64,000 nt of DNA from Octopus vulgaris (Eukaryota): NCBI GenBank assembly GCA_951406725.2, contig OX597824.1:71796001-71860000 (forward strand), read 5' to 3'. Of this stretch, positions 27,972-41,273 are shown piece after piece. The position numbers and the translations under genes are program-made. Every line of letters begins with the position of its first letter. Position 1 is the stretch's first letter. The notes under the pieces were generated by a model, which was given only the letters and a program-made list of their open reading frames with translations, was not told where the DNA came from and made no database searches.

Positions 27972-29975
27972 GTCTTGCTGTCTGTCTTTGTCTGTTTGTC
28001 TCCCTGTCTGTCTATTTATATTTGCTTCCTTGTCTATATATCTATTTGTCTGTCTACTTCTCTCTCAGTATGTCTGCTTGTCTGTCTGCCTGCTTTTCTA
28101 TTTGTGTATCTATCTCTCTGCCAGTTTCTCCCTCTCTGTCTGTCTGTTCAATTCAGCCCATACAAGTACCAATGTCCACATAAAAAAAAACTAAAAAAAA
28201 AAAAAAACTGAAAATAAATTACAGTTAAATGACTAGAATGATTAATTAAGAAGTTGGTGCTCCAGCATGGTCACAGTCAAATGACTGAAACAAGTAAAAG
28301 AATAAAAGAATAAACCCACTGCGGTGTCAATTAAGCTGGCATGTTGTCTGGTTAAGAAGTTAATTTCCAAACCACATGGTTTCAGGTTCAGTCCCACTGT
28401 GTGGCTCTTTGGGCAAATGTCCTATACTTATAGTCTTGGGTCAACCAAAGCCTTGTGAGTGGATTTAATAGATGCAAACTGACAAAAAAATCATGTGTGT
28501 GTGTGTGTGTTAGTTTGTCTTAACATCACAGGTTAGTTAGAAATGAGCATCATCATCATCATGCAAGCAGAGTCCTACATTTCCAGTCTTCCATAAAAAA
28601 AAAAGCACGTTTTGGCCACTGAGAAATATTATCTTGCTAGGAAACTGGTCAGGGTTGGCCTCAGGAAGGCCAACTGGTTGTAGAAAATCCGCTTCAATGA
28701 ATTCCACTTAACTCATGCAAACATGAAAAAGTGGATTTTAAAACAATAAATGATAATGATGATATGTGTATGTGACAGTGTTTGTTTGTGGTTTCTTCTT
28801 GTCTTGATGTTTGCACAACGGAATGGAAACAATCACTTCCGTACTCTGTCATTGTTTACAATCTGCTATTGAAACCTGTCTGGCTATTGAATTATTCATC
28901 GCAAGCAGACTTTTTTCATTTCCGGTCTTCCATAAAAGCATTTTTGGCCACTCAGAAATTAACTTGCTTGGAAATAAGTGAGAGTGGGTGACAGGAAGAG
29001 CATACAGCTTTAGAATATCTGTGTCAATCAGTTTTGCCAGCCATTCCAGAAAAGAAAGTGGACAATAAAACAATGATTATAATGATGATGGTATGTGTAT
29101 ATCATCATCAGCATCATCATCGTTTAATATCCGGCTTCCATGGTGGCATGGGTTGGACGGTTTGACAGGAGCTGGCCAGGTAGAAGACTACTCCAGGCTA
29201 ATGTGTCTGTTTTGGCATGGTTTTTATGGCTTGATTCCCTTCCTAACACCAACCACTCTGAAGAGTGGACTGTGCTTTTTACATGGCATCAGCACAGGTG
29301 AGGTCAGTTTTGGCATGGCTTTTACAGCTGGATGCCCTTCCAAATGCCAACTGCTTTACATTGTGGACTGGATACCTTTTATGTGGCACCAGCAAGATTA
29401 CCAAGATAAGGAAATTTGAGCGTGGGGAGGTGCAATAGTGCAAGAGAGAGCAGGGGAGGGATAGTGGTTAAGTGCCAGGGTATACACACTAGTGACGGAG
29501 ATCAGAGCGTAGATGGAATGGAAGAGTAAGGAAGAGAGAGATAAATGGTGGCAATTGCCAGGGCATACCCTCAAGGTATGGAGGTCATAATATATGCAGT
29601 CAGGTATAGTCAAGAAGGCGTGAGTAGGGAGTGGTGATTGCAGAGACTTGTGAAAACCTGGGTATAAAGATGGGGTGGGGGAAAGCAGCAGTACAGTTTG
29701 CAAGGCAGTGAGGGCAGGGATGGGAAGTGGGAGATAATCATAATGTATGAAGAGGAAATGTGAGGAAGAAAAGAATGCAGTTTAGAAGAGGAGATGAAGT
29801 TTGGTTTCTAGGGGTAGGGTGTGTGAAAAGTTTATTGTTACATGTGGTTTACAGCCATGTGGTTTTAGGTTCAGTTCCACTGCGCACCAACTTGGTCAAG
29901 TGTCTTCTACTATAACTCTGGACTGATCATGCTTTGTGAGTAAATTTGGTAGAAGGAAATTGTGTGGAAACCTGT

Positions 29976-30027
<52 letters not shown>

Positions 30028-30030
<3 letters not shown>

Positions 30031-30903
30031 GGTGCAATGGTTAAATTGTTGCCATTTTATATTTTTAATTTCATGCATGCGTATTATTTTTGATTTTGTT
30101 GGCTGCACAGTAGAGTAGGGTCAGTTGGGTACCGTCTGTGAGGAAAACAGCACCATAATGCTATTCATTCTGCCAGAAATTTGGAAACAATATGCTGTAC
30201 TGCTTGGCATTCATGCCAGAAGCGTTAGTATGAACAGATGGTGAACACAAAATAAACTGTTGGTTTGAGGTGTCCCCAAAACATGTACTGAGAGTGATAA
30301 AAATCAAACATCCAGTCAACATCATGGTGTTTGGAGTGATCACTAGTGATAGCAATGTTATGCCCCCATCTTTCTACATGACCTCAGACACAACGCAGAG
30401 GCCTACACCAAGTGCCTGGAGGAGGTAGTGCTAACCTGGGTGAAGAGAATAGCTGCTAGAAGACCCTGTATCTGGCAAAAGGACTCTGCACCATGCCACA
30501 CAAGCAGGAGAGCCCAATCATGGCTGCCAGACAATATCTGCGACCACATCACCCTAACATCTGACCATGTAACTCCCCAGACTCAACTCCCTTGATTATT
30601 ATGTGTTGGGCATAATTGAGCGAGACCACCAATAAAACTCCTTGTAACACCAATGATGAACTAAAGGCAAGGATTATAGCAGCATTCACCAACTTAAACA
30701 AGGAGATCATCCAGAAGAGTTGCAGGAGATTCCGAAGTTGTCTGGAGTCTGTGGTTGAAGCTAATGGCAATTTTATTGAATAAATTTACTCTTTAGTATT
30801 TCAAGATATTTTAATGGAATTTTGGTAAATATATCTGTTAAAATGAGATGTCAGTGTTATTTTTATTTTTGCTTAATTTAGACAATATATTCACTGCACC
30901 TTA
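30028..30903 (+). mobile_element. Degenerate Tc1/mariner-superfamily element (maT/DD37D-like)
   Basis: Decayed TIRs (catggtgcaatgg / ttcactgcacctta); frames read KHPVNIMVFGVITSD, WQKDSAPCHTS and NSPDSTPLDYYV. Confidence 0.85.
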
Positions 30904-30909
30904 TATATG

Positions 30910-30988
<79 letters not shown>

Positions 30989-33113
30989 ATGTATATATGT
31001 ATATGTGTGTTTGTATGGTTTTTCTTTGTCTCCATACCATTGCATGACAACCAGTGTTGGTTTGTTGACTTCCTTGTAACTTAGCGGATTGGTCAAAGAA
31101 ACTCATAGAATAAGTACCAGACTTAAAAAAAAACATAATTGGTTGATTTGTTTGACTAAACAGCTTGAGGTAGTGCCCATGCATGGCCACACTCCAATGA
31201 CTGGAATGTATAAAAAATAAAAGATAAAAGATATACATAACCTCTGTCAGTCAGAGTGACCTGGAGTAGCTGCACCTGTCAGGGTCCTAGCTATGGGTTA
31301 ATTAGATTATTAGGGCTTGCCTCCTTCTGCATCTGAAGACTGGATCTGATGGACTCTACGGAAGAAACCTTCATGGTTCAGTGGAGGGGAAGGTGGCTGC
31401 AGCAATGCATTGTGGAGTGCAGAGAGCAAGAGGGGGCAGGTAGGATATTTTAGCCATCTACTGCATCGGTCTCCATCCTCAACCATCTTGACGAGGTTTT
31501 GCACAGGATTGAAGATGGTCATGGATGAAAGAGTGAGGTCAGCAGTGCACAATGCTTTTACACTTTAAACGAAGTCGCCATGCGAGTCATCAGTAATTTT
31601 TTTGGATGACTTGATGGTCATTGTTGTTCAAATGAATGAACATGGACCTAGGTGAGACTTTATGGAAGATCAGCAGTTGTCCTTGCATGTAAGTTTCCCC
31701 TCTCTATGCTACTGATATTTTCTAAGGAAGGGCCAAGACTGACACAGCTGACAAGAGCTTAACAACAAGATTGGAAGATGGAACGTGTATGGAAACCTGT
31801 CAAGTGTGTATGCATGCATGTGTGTGTAACAGTGTGTTTATGTGTTTGTTTCTTTCCAAGAGTCTTGGTTTCTTCTGGATGAGTTGTTGATCCTTTGCAG
31901 AACAGTCAGATGATGGGGGCCACCATCTTGGCAATGAGTCAACATGTCATGAGTCACCATTAGCCTGAAACCTCCCTGCGAGACCAACTCCAGATGGGTA
32001 CACTCTCTCAGATCTCAGGAACACACAAGTCCCTTCACCATGATGAGGCCAAACCCAGGAGGTTGCAGAGGGGCTGGCACAGGACCACCAGCAATGGAGA
32101 GCACAGTTTGACCTGGTTGGCTCTATGCATGATGACATTTTTGGGACCTCTAACCTGGGACAACCCCAGTCTCATCAAGAGCATGAAGCATGTGTCTTGG
32201 CATTGTTTATGTAATTAAAATGTCAAACACTGACACTGTTTAGTGTCAAAGTTCATCTCACTACAAAGATTACATTATTTTACACCGTTTATTCCTTTGG
32301 AATAAAACCAATGTTGTCTTCAAAACATATGTTGAAAGTAAAAGAATTTGAATAACGCCTGATTTCAACTCCATTTATTTACTTATACTATACAAATTAC
32401 TGCACATTAACCTGGAGTTTCTACCTTTGAATAGGTCGCTACATACTTGTTACTCGTGTGGATTTTGCTACCCTGGTAACTGTTTATTGAATTTTCCATG
32501 TTAACGGTAAACAAAGCATAATTCATTCATCCATTTATATATATATATATATCAATATCATTTAGCATCCCTTTTCCATGTTGACATAGGTTAGATAGTT
32601 TAACAGGATTTGGTGAGTTGGAGGACCATGTCATGTTTCAGTGTCTGCTTTGGTTTGATTTCTATGGCTGGATGCCCATTCTAGCGCCAACCACTTTACA
32701 GAGTGCATTGGGTGTTTTTGTCATGGTACCAGAACTTCCATGACTAAGAGCCTAAAAAGGCTCCTACAGGTGATGATTTTTTTTGTAGGATGATGAGAGA
32801 AATTGATAGTTGTGAGATGATGGTAATGGAGACAGTAACAATGTAGACACTATTAGGAGGAGGTAGGGATGGGATTAGTGTCAGAGTTAGTGAGTAAGAA
32901 GGGGAGATGGTAGTAAGGTGGGTTGTGTAGGGGATTCTGGGGATAACCTGTATTATAACAGCAACTGAAAGGGAAAGAGAATGTGAAAGAAAGAGATAGA
33001 TGGGCATGTAAGGTTCAAGAAATAGAGCCATTGAGGATGATGAGAGAAAAGGGGACAGAAGTAGGTAGAAGTGAGTGCAGAAAGCACAGGGAGGGAATAA
33101 GAGGGGCTGGAGG

Positions 33114-33151
<38 letters not shown>

Positions 33152-33657
33152 AACATATGTATCTCCAAATCACTGTGGACACACACACACGCACACATAT
33201 GTATATATGTAAAAAAGTTTGTGCAAATATACATGTGTATAAGCACACCCTACCCATATATGTGTATGTGTGTATATGTGTGTGTGTGTGTGTGTATATG
33301 TGTATTTATATATATATGTACACACACACACACACGCACACACACACACACATACACACACACACACAGATTCTCCTGTAATTTGTATAGTAATAGATAT
33401 ACATTAGCTGTGCAGCTTGTTAACCACTGTGACCTGGATTGGGATCGGATTAACAGATAGAATCAATGAACCAGCTTCATGTCTAATGTATAGTATCAGA
33501 CAGTGTCGCCTTGCAATAATCAAAGATCTTCTTGAAAGTCATTTTCTTTGATCCACTTTGTATATTAGAAGAAAAAAAAATGTTTTTTTTTATAATCTAC
33601 TTTTTAATTTTTTTTATTTTCTGAATTCCCATGTTATTTGTTTTCGTTTTGTAACCT

Positions 33658-33708
33658 CTCATCATCATCATCATCATCATCATCATCACCACCACCACCA
33701 CCACCACC

Positions 33709-33754
<46 letters not shown>

Positions 33755-33788
33755 CCACCACCACCACCACCACCGCCATCATCATCAC

Positions 33789-33823
<35 letters not shown>

Positions 33824-33905
33824 CATCATCACTTTTGTCATCATCATCAGCAGCAGCACCACCACCACCATCATCACTGCCATCACCATTATCTATCATC
33901 AACAT
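33658..33905. repeat. (CAT)n/(CAC)n compound microsatellite
   Basis: Seen directly; source of the poly-His and poly-Ser ORFs. Confidence 0.95.
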
Positions 33906-33961
33906 CATCAGTTGTATTTTTGTTTCAAGAAAACATTTTTGTTTTTATGCCTACATAAGAA

Positions 33962-33997
<36 letters not shown>

Positions 33998-34389
33998 GCA
34001 CTACTATTGTCATTGCTGTTGTATTGTTGTTATTGTTTATATTTCTATATTGTAATATCGTTCAACTCCCCACCCAAACACCCCCCCCCCCCACACATGC
34101 ACACTTTCAATTCTTATTGATTGGAATGCATTTATACGCATCACTTACATGTTGCTATGACTACCGACTTGCTCGGCTCTGTTGCTGTTGGGAAACGAAC
34201 ATCTTTTTAAGTGGGACAGATCTCCGTTTGCGTTGCTTCACTTTGCTTCACTTTCTTACAACATCAAAAGAGCCGAAGTGTGAGGGGAATAATGTCACCA
34301 CAAACTAGCTTCTTATACAGCCTTCGACTCAGTTGTACTTTGAATGTCAAAGTGAACTGTTGCCCTTCATTGACTCTGATTCAGTGGTG

Positions 34390-34797
34390 TCTCTTTCTTT
34401 TACTCTTTTACTTGTTTCAGTCATTTGACTGTGGCCATGCTGGAGCACCGCACTTAGTCTTAGTCGAGCAAATCGACCCCAGGACTTATTCTTTGTAAGC
34501 CTAGTAATTATTCTGTTGGTCTCTTTTGCTGAACTGCTGAGTTACAGGGACGTTAACTCACCAGCATCGGTTGTCAAGCGATGTTGTGGGGACAAACACA
34601 GACACACACACACACATACATATATACATATATACGACGGGCTTCTTACAGTTTCCATCTACCAAATCCACTCACAAGGCTTTGGTCGGCCCGAGGCTAT
34701 AGTAGAAGACACTTGCCCAAGGTACCATGCAGTGGGACTGAACCCGGAACCATGTGGTTGGTAAGCAAGCTACTTACCACACAGCCACTCCTGCGCC
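34390..34797 (-). mobile_element. SINE family A
   Basis: Full-length copy. Confidence 0.9.
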
Positions 34798-37104
34798 TTA
34801 AAGTTATTTTGTCACAAGAGTTCTTTTTTGTTTTTTATAATTTCCCTCAAATTGCAATCTTATATTTTTATTTTATGGACATCCTTAATTTTAGTAAGAT
34901 ATTAAATCAAACAAAAATTATGATTCCAAAACCGAGTTGCTGATTTTGATGTATGGAGTATCAAAAGATTCAGTAGGCTACCAACTAAACTATATTTTCA
35001 TGCACATATTTGCATTACAAAAATTTATAATTTAACTTTGTCATTTTTCTTTTAGTCACCTATCGTAAACGACATATTTATCACCACCACAACGACAATG
35101 ATGTCACATTTTCAATATGAGTGTGTTCGTGCATTCGTTACCTACGTTAGACCGATGACTGACAAGTATATGTGTGTGACGGTGTATGTGTCTGTCACTA
35201 TACATACATTTTTGTGATGACCGACACACACAGCGACAGAGATAGGCTTCAGGTGTGTGTTAATGTATGTATGTGTGTGTGTATCTTAGTTTATGTATGT
35301 AACTTTGTCCCACCCAACAATAAAATGCGCCGATATCGAAAGTTTAGTTGCAGCCTGGACTTCAAACGAACAACAGCGTTCACTTTGAAGTACAACCAAC
35401 ATGAAGATTTGGCTGATATAACTCCACTCACAATACTCACAAATATATCTGAAAAAATATGTTATTCTGGTTATTATAACAAGCTCAGAAACTTGGCGAT
35501 GTAGAAAGCCTCAGCAGCTCTTTCATTATAATCACAGAAATGTTATATTCCACTCCTTCTAACCAGTTTCAAGATAATGTTTTTTTAACAGTCCTTGTAT
35601 TCTTCATCACTGTGAGTATCAACATCGCACAACCTTTTTATTGCGTTAGTATTTATTCTTCAGCCTATAACATTACACAGTTAAAAAATATGTAGTAATG
35701 TCAAATTAATTTTTATCTTGCTACATACATCTTTCAGCAAATATTTTAAATTAATGTTACAACAACACTTGAACTTAGTATGTGCATATTTTGCAGTTTT
35801 CAATATTATCAATTCTATGAGATTGTTTCTGCATTCCTTACGTCTTTAATAAACTATAGTAAAGAACATTTTACTCTGTTTTAATGAGTCCACATCTAAT
35901 TAATTAACCATCCTTGTGGTTGGTGATCCCCATGAAAATCATGATATTCTCATTTGTGTTCGAAATAACAACCTTAAGCGTGTTTCACAGACTCATCCCT
36001 CTTATGATGCTCTCTGGTATACTCTTATTCTGTGGAATGGACAAAATGGGTATCATTTCAATATTCCATGGATTGAACCTGCAACAGGATAGCCAATTAC
36101 AAATAAAAAGTTGTTGTCAAATGACTTCTATTCTTACCAACTGATGTTACGACCAGAACAATTAAATCAATTACACATGTCAAATAAACTTTATTTTACA
36201 TATTTTCTAGGTTATCTCAACAACCAGCTATAGTTATTTCAAATACACTTCTCTACAACGACTAGGTTTCATTAGAAAATGAAAATAGTTTCACAATTTT
36301 AATTTGAACCAAAATTACAAAGTGTTGCAATATTTTAGTGTTCTCCTTCTTCACATCAAATTCATTTTTTACTTTTTTCGAATTTTTATTGGTAATACAT
36401 GGAGAAAAAAACAGAGTATGAAGTTTTAAAGAATTTTACCCATCACCTCACCATTTTCAAAAATCTACACACTCCCAATTTTTCACTTTTAGCTTTTGGA
36501 AAATAGGTAAGTTTTTTCAGAAATAATATCGTTTACCTGTTGTTTCTAGCATGTTGGATTTTCTGGTGGTGGTCTGGTATTTTTTAAGTCTACTATTTCA
36601 GTAGAATTCTATGCTTGTGGAAACATCAGTCAAAAGTGAAAGATTGCGAGATTTTAGCTTTTTGAAAGCTGGTAGGTGATGGGTGAGGTGGAGGAAGAGG
36701 CATTAAGTGTTTCTTGAAGAAAAATTAAAGTATAAAAAATGTATTTATGTTTCCCAGATTCGTAATCTCTCTATTTTTCTACGTAGATAACAAAAAAATT
36801 CAAAAAATATTACAAATTAAGAAATTGCAGTGGGGATAGGGGGAAATTTAGATATTGAAAACATGATTTCTGGACAAAATTGTATTAACCACCTTTTATA
36901 CGATGAAACAATACATAGTTTCTGATTCTTCTTAAGAATAGAAAGCACTTTCGTGCAAATTGTACCTGCGCCCTTCACTTTTAAACAAACAATAACTTCC
37001 ATTATTCCATTAACCATATATCATCTGTACTGACTCTGCTCATAATTCAGGAGCAAATAATACAATGTCCTTGTTGGTCATAACACCCAGGCAATGCTGA
37101 GATG

Positions 37105-37149
<45 letters not shown>

Positions 37150-39536
37150 CATAGTGTTACTTTGAAATAACAAACAGCATTTGTTGTTTTACAAGATAAA
37201 TTCATGATAAATCATGCAACACTCCAGAATTTTGTTTTCACAGAACCTTGGAGTTCCTCAGAGTTCACTTTGGAAACACTGATCTGGCTTTTCTTGCTCT
37301 CATTATTTAACGTCAAGTATGTTCTGAACAAGCAGACTGATATAGGATCAAAGATGTTACATATGGAAATAAAATATCCTTGCTTTATTTGTATCTAGTA
37401 GTATCTTGTTCTGTGTGCCCCTTCTTTTTTTCAGTCAGTCATTTGATTACTACTTCTAGCAGGTTGAGTGACTATCTAGAGGCATCATATTTCCTTGACA
37501 GTTTAAAAAAATTTTCAGACTGTTTGTCATTCCTAACTTTTGATACCAACGTGCCTGAGATCACCTTGTTCTGTGACAAATTTCTGTTTTCAGGTGATCT
37601 AAGTTAAAACCTTCTATTATTGATTTATGTTCCAAACACCAGCTTAATAAAGTTATTTTACTAAATGCTTCATTATTTTCAAAATTGATTGAAAGAAATG
37701 CAGTATATTTTCAACAAAAATATGGTAATTCTTGTTGTTGCTAAGCCCCAGGTTAGCCTTAAACAAACAGACCCATGATCAAAGGCATTCCAGCCATACC
37801 TATCCCCATCTTTGCATATATCTAGCACTACATTGTCTAACATATCCTTTCTTTCTTAAGAAAATAGGTTGCAATTTGAGTGACATTTGGTCATTGTTTT
37901 TAGCAGATTGAATAATTAAGTAGAGATTCTTTCTCTGGTTCATTTTTAGTTGGTTGGTAGAAATTTGAAAATGATCATAGGCAGTCAGAAATATCTAAAT
38001 GACCAGCAACATTCTGATAACAATCTACAGAGGCCAAAATGATTACTTTTCATTTTGAAATTTAATGGTCAATGTTAAAAATGTTTAAATGACCATTGCT
38101 TTAAATTCAAGTGGTCACTCTACAAAAATAAAAAGTAATCACATGATGATCAGTAATAGAAGTGTCCAAATGTTCTGAAATATCTCTAAGAGTTCTGATA
38201 TCTAATGACCACTATTTTGAAGTCTAATGGACACTTATCAAAATGACCACTGTCCTAAAATCTTAGCAATCATTTAACAAATGTCAACATGGCTAGTGTC
38301 TGTCATTCCTGTTATCTGTATTGATACACCAAATGAAAATGTCCTAAAATCTGGTGGTCACTATATCAAAATAAATCAGAATAACCATTGTTAATTTTTG
38401 TCCTTCACCAGAAGAAATATCAATATGACTATTGTCCTGGAATCAAACTAATTGTTATAAAAATGTAAAAATAACATTGAACTAGCAACTTATCAAGCCA
38501 GAGCAGTGTTTCCAAAGTGAACTCTGAGGAACTCCAGGATTCTGTGAAAACAAAATTCTGAAATGTTACATGATTTATCATGAATTTGTCAATGTGGAAA
38601 TGCTAAGAATGACCAGTATATTTTGAAATTTTACTTGTCATTGTTTTAAATGCTAATATCTGTGGCTTGTGTATAGAGTAAAATCTAGTGGTCACTTTTT
38701 GAAATATCTATGGGTTGACATTAGAAATGCGAAAAATGAGCAGTGTTTTGTGAAATCTTTCAGTCACTGTGAGAAATGCTATAAGAAATTATACCTAAAC
38801 CTTGACTATAAGGTTGTTTAATCAGGTTTGACCTATGACTGCTGATTCAGTTCTAAACAATAATAACCTTGTGGTCACTGCTTTTAAAATGTCAAAATGA
38901 CTAAATATCTTTAATCTTAATAATCAGTACAGAAATGTTAACCTTTTAAAATCTGAAATTAAATTTCATATTATTCCTGTAATGATGTTAAAATCTGTCA
39001 AAAGATAGAATTTGTATTTTCTGTGAGTCATGTTGCCTCAATAAAGTTGAGGTATCTCAACAAAAAATAGTTTCAAACATGACCTTCCTCAACAAAAGAT
39101 AGATTAATACATGAAACTGCTTTCCACAGTTGAGGATAATGAAATTTTGAGTGGATGCATTTGATTTCAGCTGTATAAATGTTAAGATAAAATTATCTCT
39201 GGAATCTGCTGACATAGTGACCCTGTGTCTACCAGTGTAACCTGTGTATTTGATGTATGTGAGCTGAATTTATACATTTGTGTCAGTCATTTAAAACATT
39301 TTTGGTGGAACTGTTAGTTTCAAATAAAATTCATATTCCGGTATTTACTTACAGCATTTTATATATCTTTATATTCTGAGTTCAAGGTTGATTTTTGCCT
39401 TACATACTTTTTGAATTTATGAAATAAGTACCAGTCACACCCTGGGGGTCAGTGTAATCAACTTTCTTTCTTCCCCCAAATTCCAGGCTTTGTATCTATT
39501 GTAGAAAGGTTATTTTACATTTATAGTGTGATAGTT

Positions 39537-39870
39537 GTGAAGGTGCATGGCTCAGTGGTTAGAGTGCCGAGCTTACGATAGTGAGGTTGTGAGTTTGAAT
39601 CCCGGACCGGGCTGTGTGTTGTGTTCTTGAGCAAGACACTTTATTTCATATTGCTCCAGTTCACTCAGCTGTAGAAATGAGTTGCGATATCACAGATGCC
39701 AAGCTGTATCGGCCTTTGCCTTTCTCTTGGATACATTATTGGTATGGAGAGGGGGAGGCTGGTATGCATGGGCAACTGCTGGCCTTCCATAAACAACCTT
39801 GCCCGGACTTGTGCTGAGGAGGATAACTTTCTAGGTGCAATCTCATGGTCAGTCATGACTGAAGGGGGTC
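39537..39870 (+). mobile_element. SINE family C variant
   Basis: tRNA-like head gtgaaggtgcatggctcagtggttagag...gtttgaatcc. Confidence 0.8.
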
Positions 39871-40344
39871 ACAGCAGTGTGACAGAGGTTTTGTTGATAA
39901 GGCTGGTGGCATGGGTGACGCCACTGATGGTAATGAGAATGTTGACAATGATGCCAGTGTGATGATGGAGGCAATAGTATCTAGGATTATGTCATCTACC
40001 ATTTATAAGATGTTAAGATTTGGTTTCTGTAAGATTTGGCTTCTTTTCTAATAAATTGAGCAACTATATAGAAGTTCATCATGATGTTGTTGTTTAACCC
40101 CAGGTCAATCCTGATTGAGCAAGCCTATGACCAAAGACATTCCAGCTATGAACTTCCTATTTTTTGCCTATGTGCAAGGATCTCAGAACCACATTATCCA
40201 AGTCTTGTTTTCTAGTATTTTAGGATGTAAATTAAAGGAGATTTCATTGTTGTTTTTAGCAGATCAAGCAACCATGTACAGGCTACCTTGTTTGCACGTC
40301 TTATACTGATGTTGATGGTAATGGTGCATTTTGTTTATTTTCAG

Positions 40345-40394
40345 TGAAAGTGGATACAAACACTCTGAAGGTTATTATAGACACAGAATATGAG
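40345..40394 (+). CDS. GMF: GMF coding exon 3 (LKVDTNTLKVIIDTEYE)
   Basis: tttattttcag acceptor, gtaagg donor; 50 nt, phase 1 to 0; joins exons 2 and 4 in frame. Confidence 0.92.
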
Positions 40395-40682
40395 GTAAGG
40401 TCACTTTTTTTTTCATACTACATTTTGTACTGAATACTAACTTACCTACACAACACTACAAATACATCACTTTCAAATAGGTGAGTTCACCTGTTTCCTA
40501 TTATGTCATGGCCAAGTAATCTTTGATTGGCTATTTAAATATATATATATGTATATATAGCTGAATCTATAATGATCTGGTCAATCAGCTGAAAAGATCA
40601 GCAGTACATACTGTTTTGTTGTTGGCATTGTAACTGTCCTTCCTGATGCCAACCCTTAACTGTTTATGAGTAAAGTATTTTG

Positions 40683-40835
40683 AGTGGCTGTATGGTAAGT
40701 AGCTTGCTTACCAACCACATGGTTCCAGGTTCAGTCCCACTGTGTGGCACCTTGGGCAAATGTCTTCTACTATAGCCTCGGGCTGACCAAAGCCTTGTAG
40801 CTTTGGTAGACGGAAACTGAAAGAATCCTGTCGTA

Positions 40836-40866
<31 letters not shown>

Positions 40867-41080
40867 GTTTGTGTTTGTGTTTGTCTCCGCCCCCAACATA
40901 GCTTGACATCCGATGCTAGTGTGTTTACATCCCCGTAACTTAGCGGTTCGGCAAAAGAGACCGATAGAATAAGTACTAGGCTCACAAAGAATAAGTCCTG
41001 GGGGGCGATTTGCTCGACTAAAGGCGGTGCTCCAGCATGGCCGCAGTCAAATGACTGAAACAAGTAAAAGAGTAAAGAGT
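40683..41080 (+). mobile_element. SINE family A, young copy
   Basis: Full-length copy. Confidence 0.9.
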
Positions 41081-41239
41081 ATTCTATGTCTTCGTGCACA
41101 GAATTGCCAAGCTATTGAACATGTTGTATATGTGAAACATAGACAAATAGGCAACACTGGTGCCCAAGCAGTGTCAATGTGAGGGCACACCAAAACAAGT
41201 ACACACACGAAAAAACACACATGTGTACACACACACAGG

Positions 41240-41273
<34 letters not shown>

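Noticed and set aside
27680-28211. 123-167-aa ORFs overlapping GMF exon 2
   Set aside because: Read-through into (CT)n/(CTGT)n low-complexity intron sequence; the real frame is the spliced GMF exon.
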